The translations under genes and the position numbers were made by a program. Below are positions 31,895 to 36,757 of a DNA stretch of 36,757 bases, one piece after another (position 1 is the stretch's first letter; every line of letters starts with the position of its first letter). The DNA is from an uncultured cyanobacterium (GTDB lineage Bacteria; Cyanobacteriota; Cyanobacteriia; Cyanobacteriales; Microcystaceae): NCBI GenBank assembly GCA_963807635.1, contig CAWEDJ010000060.1, forward strand, positions 1 to 36,757, read 5' to 3'. The notes beneath the pieces are model-generated. The model was given only the letters and a program-made list of their open reading frames with translations, was not told the DNA's origin and searched no databases.

Positions 31895-32402
31895 ATGACC
31901 GCAACTCAAGTCAAAATTTCTAGCAAATTGTATTCAACTCGTATCGATTTACCCGTTGATGTTCGCACTCAGATAATCGCTATTTTAGGTAAAACCTTAG
32001 CAACAACCTTAGACTTAAAAACTCAAATTAAACAGGCTCATTGGAATGTAAAAGGACTAGATTTCTACCAATTACATTTGTTATTTGATGAGTTAGCAGG
32101 GGAAATTGAAGAGTACGTTGACATGGTGGCTGAACGAATTACGGCTTTAGGGGGAACGCCCTTGGGGACAGCTCGTGTGGCGGCGGCTAATTCTCTTTTG
32201 TCTGAATATCCCTTAGATGCAGTGACGGGAATTGATCATCTAACGGCCTGAAGTGATCGCTATGGAACCTATGCCGCCCATGTCAAACGGCGATCGGGAT
32301 ACGGCAGATTTAGGGGATGCCAACACCTCGGATCTTTATACCGAAATTTCCCGTAATATTGACAAACGCCTCTGGTTCCTCGAAGCCCATTTGGTCAAGT
32401 AG
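31895..32402 (+). CDS. dps: Dps ferritin-like DNA protection protein (stop/indels ~32249-32300)
   Basis: KQAHWNVKG..LHLLFDE..DMVAERITALGG; continues DLYTEISRNIDKRLWFLEAHLVK* to 32402. Confidence 0.9.
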
Positions 32403-32417
32403 TTCAATAATCCACCT

Positions 32418-32441
32418 GTAGGGGCGTATGGCGTGCGCCCT
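32418..32441 (+). repeat. GTAG-type REP-like palindrome
   Basis: GTAGGGGCGTATGGCGTGCGCCCT downstream of dps. Confidence 0.65.
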
Positions 32442-32464
32442 TGACTTTAAAAACCTAAAATTGT

Positions 32465-33834
32465 ATGAATTCAGCCCGTCAAACCGCTTTTTTAGCCCTA
32501 CGAGATATTGACCGACGGGATAGTTATACCGATATTGCCCTCGATCGCGTTTTACAAAAATCTGATCTCAAGGGGAGCGATCGCGAAGCGGCACTGCGTG
32601 ATCGCGGATTAGTGACCGAATTAGTCTATGGCATTGTCCGCAGACAACGAACCTTAGACACCCTGATTGAACAATTTAGCCAGAAACCGATTGCCAAACA
32701 GCCGCCTGATCTGAGGCGAATTTTGCAGATGGGACTGTATCAATTGCGCTATTTAGACCAAATTCCTGAGTCAGCCGCCGTTAATACCAGTGTCGATTTG
32801 GCTAAAAGCAATGGTCTAAAAGGCTTGTCGGGCGTAGTTAACGGGATTTTACGGCAATATTTGCGATTAAGTGAAAATAATCAAGATCCCTTAATTTTAC
32901 CTGATCAATTAATTCAAAAATTAGGAATTTTTTATAGTTTTCCTGACTGGATTATTGCCCTTTTTTTAGAACAATTTGGACAAGCAGAAACAGAATTACT
33001 CTGTCAATATTTTAATCAAGCACCTACCATTGATATTCGAGTTAATATCCTCAAAACAACCCTTGAAACTGTCGAAAAAGCGTTTCAAGATAATCAAATT
33101 GAAGTATCACGGTTAACAGGCTTTCCCCAGGCATTACGCCTAACCAAGGGAACTCGCGCCATTCACAAATTGCCTGGCTTTAACGAAGGATGGTGGACAA
33201 TCCAAGACGCTAGTACCCAATTAGTCAGCCATTTGCTCGATCCCCAGCCCAAGGAAGTAATTATTGATGCCTGTGCCGCTCCAGGGGGTAAAACGACCCA
33301 TATTGCCGAATTAATGGGAGATAAAGGGATAATCTGGGCTTGCGATCGCACCGCATCCCGTTTGAAGAAATTAGATAAAACAATGGAACGACTGGGGATA
33401 ACGTCGATTAAAAACCTCGTAGGAGATAGTCGGGAATTTAAACAATTTGCTAATTTAGGCGATCGCGTCTTAGTGGATGCACCCTGCTCAGGACTGGGAA
33501 CCCTGCACCGCAATCCCGACCTCCGTTGGCGACAAAACCCCGATAGATCGAAGAATTAACGCAATTACAAGGAGAACTGCTCGCTCAAGCCGCTTCTTGG
33601 GTTAAGCCCCAGGGTAGTCTGGTCTATGGAACTTGCACTTTAAATTTTCAGGAAAACCAAGCCGTTATCCAAACCTTTTTAGAAAACCATCCCCATTGGC
33701 GAATCTGTCCACTCCCTGCTTTTTTACCCCAATCTTTCCTTGAAAATAACAAACAGTGGATTCAAATACTGCCCCATCGTCAAAAAATGGACGGTTTTTT
33801 TATTGTAAAATTAGAAAAAGATAGGGAAAATTAA
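32465..33834 (+). CDS. rsmB: 16S rRNA m5C967 methyltransferase RsmB/Sun (frameshift ~33546)
   Basis: NusB-like N-terminal domain; DACAAPGGKT; VDAPCSGLG; after the shift LVYGTCTL..EN..MDGFFIVKL. Confidence 0.92.
32577..32605 (+). repeat. 21-nt in-frame insertion at a HIP1 site (SDR5-like very small mobile repeat)
   Basis: GCGATCGC-GAAGCGGCACTGCGT-GATCGC adds EAALRDR within SDR|GLVTELVYG. Confidence 0.7.
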
Positions 33835-33894
33835 TTTGTACTGATATTTAGTTTTAAGTAGTATTAATTTTCCATCAAAAAGTAGAGATTGATA

Positions 33895-34317
33895 ATGAAT
33901 AAAAATACAAAAACAAAACAACTCATTAAAATTCTTATGGGAGTTGCTTGGATTGATGGGGTTATTCAAACCGAAGAACGAGAATATCTGCGTCGTATCG
34001 CTAGGGCTTACCAAGTAGAAAATGATCCTGAACTAAAACCGTTTCTTTCCGAATTAAAGCCTATTCAAGCAGAGGAATGTTATCGTTGGCTGACGGATTA
34101 TTTGGGAGAAAATCATCGAGAAGAAGACTATCAAGAATTGCTAGAAGCCTTAAGTGGATTGATTTATAGCGATGGAGATGTTCCAATTCAAGAAGCAAGA
34201 CTTTTAACTAAATTGCAAGAACTCGACCCGATTTACGAACAGTCCAAATCCCCCTTAGATAAATTACTAGAAAAAATTCAAAAACTATATCGCAAAACCA
34301 TGAGTCCCCAAACCTAA
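33895..34317 (+). CDS. TerB-like protein
   Basis: Two TerB-type motifs, AWIDGVIQTEE and IYSDGDVPIQE. Confidence 0.8.
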   Translation: MNKNTKTKQLIKILMGVAWIDGVIQTEEREYLRRIARAYQVENDPELKPFLSELKPIQAEECYRWLTDYLGENHREEDYQELLEALSGLIYSDGDVPIQEARLLTKLQELDPIYEQSKSPLDKLLEKIQKLYRKTMSPQT

Positions 34318-34429
34318 ATTTTGCCTTTTTTCCACAATCTTCAAAATTTTCCTGAATCAATGCCTCATTATATTGAATAATGGGACAAGGGTATTTTTGC
34401 TCCCACAGATTACGAACTAGGAAAAAACG

Positions 34430-35515
34430 ATGGGAATCACGACAATTTTAATACTGATTGCAGGTTTAGTGCTATTGGTCGCTGGGGCTGAAGTTTTAGT
34501 TAAGGGTGCGTCTCGGATTGCTTTAATGTTTGGGCTTTCTCCCCTGGTGATTGGTCTGACCATTGTTGCGTACGGCACTAGTTCACCTGAATTGATGGTG
34601 AGTATCCAATCCAGTTTGGCGGGACAACCCGATATTGCGCTAGGAAATGTTGTTGGTAGTAATATCTTTAATGTTTTACTGATTTTAGGGGTATCTGCTC
34701 TGATTACGCCCTTAGTTGTGGCCCAACAGCTAATTCGTTTAGATGTTCCCATTTTAATCGGGATTTCCTGTCTAACCCTCATGTTTGGGCTGGACGGAAA
34801 GATTAGTCGGGTTGATGGTACGATTTTTTTGATTGGCATTATTCTCTACACCACGTTTTTGTTGATCCAAAGTCGCAAGGAACGCAATCCAGAAGTCACT
34901 GAGGAATATGAACGGGAATATGGTGATTCTGCTGTTCGTTCTCCCCAGCAGATCGCTATTAATATTGGATTCGTTGTGGTGGGATTAGGTCTTTTGGTAT
35001 TGGGGTCAAAATTTTTAGTGGATAGTTCGATCGCGATCGCGAGAAGTTTTGGGGTTAGTGAACTCGTGATTGGTTTAACCCTCGTAGCCGCAGGGACTTC
35101 CCTACCAGAATTAGCCACTTCCGTTGTGGCAAGTATACGCGGAGAAAGAGATATTGCGGTCGGGAATGTGATAGGCAGTAATATTTTCAATATTTTGGCC
35201 GTATTAGGCGGATCATCTCTATTTTCCTCTGAAGGATTAACGGTTTCAGCCTCGGCTCTGCGGTTTGATATCCCCGTCATGATTGCGGTGGCAGTGATTT
35301 GTTTACCCGTTTTTATTACAGGACAATTGATTGCTCGCTGGGAAGGGCTACTGTTTTTGAGCTATTACGTCGCCTATACCGCCTATTTGATCATGGATTC
35401 AACAAACCATGAAAACCTTCCAATCTTCAGTAATATTCTTTTATTTGTCGTATTTCCCGCCACGATACTCTCCTTGGGAGTCTCCTTTTTACCTTCTTTT
35501 CGCAAAGCCAGATAA
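34430..35515 (+). CDS. Ca2+/cation (Na+) antiporter, YrbG family
   Basis: Alpha repeats GTSSPE..GNVVGSNIFN and GTSLPE..GNVIGSNIFN. Confidence 0.92.
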   Translation: MGITTILILIAGLVLLVAGAEVLVKGASRIALMFGLSPLVIGLTIVAYGTSSPELMVSIQSSLAGQPDIALGNVVGSNIFNVLLILGVSALITPLVVAQQLIRLDVPILIGISCLTLMFGLDGKISRVDGTIFLIGIILYTTFLLIQSRKERNPEVTEEYEREYGDSAVRSPQQIAINIGFVVVGLGLLVLGSKFLVDSSIAIARSFGVSELVIGLTLVAAGTSLPELATSVVASIRGERDIAVGNVIGSNIFNILAVLGGSSLFSSEGLTVSASALRFDIPVMIAVAVICLPVFITGQLIARWEGLLFLSYYVAYTAYLIMDSTNHENLPIFSNILLFVVFPATILSLGVSFLPSFRKAR

Positions 35516-35755
35516 TTGCAGATAATATGGCTCTCTTGCAAATTGAAGTAAGTGAGCCTTGAGTCTTGGAGAATATTCGTTTTTTTCTATTTTTGTTGAT
35601 TAACATCAATTTTTGTGCCAAAGTGAAACTCACTCTTCTCCCAAACTTCTAAGTCTTGATTGTTAATAAACCTCAATATTTTCAACAAAATGCTAACAAA
35701 ACCAATTGCCCCCTAAAAGCTGTCATAAAATGGGGAATTATAACCCCCCTATAAC

Positions 35756-36622
35756 ATGATGAATTATCGCTTTTTGGCCATCTTTTTAACCGTCTCTTTA
35801 GCGATTCCCTTCTCTCCGATCGCGGCCCAATCGACGGAATCGCTGTTACAAAAAGGTTACGCGGCCCAATCCTTAGCGAATTATTCCGATGCAGAACGGG
35901 TTTTTCAACGGATTCTAGCGCAAGATCCCCGCAATTTAGAGGCTCATATTCATTTAGCTAACGCTTTTTATAACCAGGGAAAATTAACCCAGGCGATCGC
36001 GACCTATGAAAAAGCCATTCAAATAGACCCGAAAAATCCCTATCTTTATTACAACCTGGGCATTACCCTCGCCGAACAAGGAAACCTAGTAGAAGCGATC
36101 GCGACCTATCATCACGCCCTAGAAGTCGATCCCCAGTTTACCGATGCCTATTACAATCTAGGTCTTGCCCAATATGCCCAAGGAGATATTGCCCAGGGAA
36201 TGACTAACTTTCAACGAGCCATTGAATCCAATCCCGATGACTCGGATGCCTATATTTGGTTAGGGAAAGGATATTATTTCCATAAAGAGGTCAATAAGGC
36301 CATTGAAACCTGGAAAAAAGCCATTGAAATTGATGATCAAGCGGTTTATGCCTACAACAGTCTCGCCGATCTTTACGCCCAACAGGGTCAATATGCAGAA
36401 GCGATCGCCTATTATCATCAAGCCCTAGCGGTTCCCGATCAACAGGGCATTCCCGTCAGCGCACACACCCTAGCCCATAACGGTTTAGGAGAAGCTCTCC
36501 AACAAAAGGGAAATCTAGAAGGTGCGATCAAGGAATATCAGGAATCGATTCGTCTAGATCCAAGTTTTGCCCATGCCAAAAAAAATCTTGAGGAAGTTCA
36601 AAAAAAACTAGTTTCTCAGTAA
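35756..36622 (+). CDS. Exported TPR-repeat protein
   Basis: Signal peptide ending ..PIAA|Q followed by tandem 34-aa TPR units (YYNLG..G...A...Y..A...DP). Confidence 0.9.
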   Translation: MMNYRFLAIFLTVSLAIPFSPIAAQSTESLLQKGYAAQSLANYSDAERVFQRILAQDPRNLEAHIHLANAFYNQGKLTQAIATYEKAIQIDPKNPYLYYNLGITLAEQGNLVEAIATYHHALEVDPQFTDAYYNLGLAQYAQGDIAQGMTNFQRAIESNPDDSDAYIWLGKGYYFHKEVNKAIETWKKAIEIDDQAVYAYNSLADLYAQQGQYAEAIAYYHQALAVPDQQGIPVSAHTLAHNGLGEALQQKGNLEGAIKEYQESIRLDPSFAHAKKNLEEVQKKLVSQ

Positions 36623-36757
36623 AAATAGGCTAAAAAAGCAAAATATAGTTGATTATTACCAATAAAATTCTAAAATTACTTGATTTTTACTCACATTCCG
36701 CAAGTTGATCAGCAAAGTAAATAGAGCTTGCTGAAAAAAGCTGAAAGCCTTATATCG

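Noticed and set aside
15197..35041. Overlapping GCGATCGCGATCG-type runs (~15197, 15930, 22480, 29232, 35028) as small insertions
   Set aside because: Explained by AIAI/DRDR coding with HIP1 bias; no extra inserted sequence, unlike the rsmB case.
12582..35280. Short ORFs inside tamB, ndhD4/F4, the kinase, uma2, rsmB and the antiporter (e.g. 12582..12947, 19761..20039, 33163..33513, 34417..34839, 34846..35280)
   Set aside because: They overlap well-supported genes and have no motifs or other support.
35756..36622. Internal DNA similarity in the TPR gene (GCGATCGCGACCTAT twice)
   Set aside because: Ordinary consequence of TPR protein repeats.
1..36757. CRISPR array, tRNA/rRNA, retron/DGR, integrase
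   Set aside because: No repeat-spacer series (repeats occur only as pairs), and no reverse transcriptase or recombinase ORF or recognisable structural RNA gene was seen by eye.

Overview
Chromosomal segment of a beta-cyanobacterium. HIP1 (GCGATCGC) occurs dozens of times, and the gene content resembles Synechocystis/Merismopediaceae (inference). Left to right: a tnpB-only IS200/IS605 element apparently inserted in the 3' part of a Ycf66-family gene; an orphan two-domain ABC ATPase with an NtcA-type site; a yefM-yoeB module enclosed by a 60-bp duplication of that gene's 3' end; a five-gene minor type IV pilin operon with a CRP-type promoter; a GT2 glycosyltransferase; tamB; and ndhF4-ndhD4-cupB. 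An ABC exporter is followed by a ~7.6-kb accessory region: putative nuclease + PIN pair, DUF1704 peptidase, small membrane ORF, Ser/Thr kinase, Uma2, IS982 remnant and a truncated P-loop ATPase. The right end holds a PerR/FurC-boxed Prx-Grx gene with dps, rsmB (carrying a 21-nt HIP1-targeted insertion), a TerB-like gene, a Ca2+/cation antiporter and a TPR protein. Many conserved genes are frameshifted, often beside GATC/CGATCG/GGCC motifs, probably from sequencing error. The most interesting pattern is cargo genes sitting between a host gene's 3' end and a second copy of that end, with no integrase: clearly once, probably twice. All calls come from reading motifs by eye; no searches were run.
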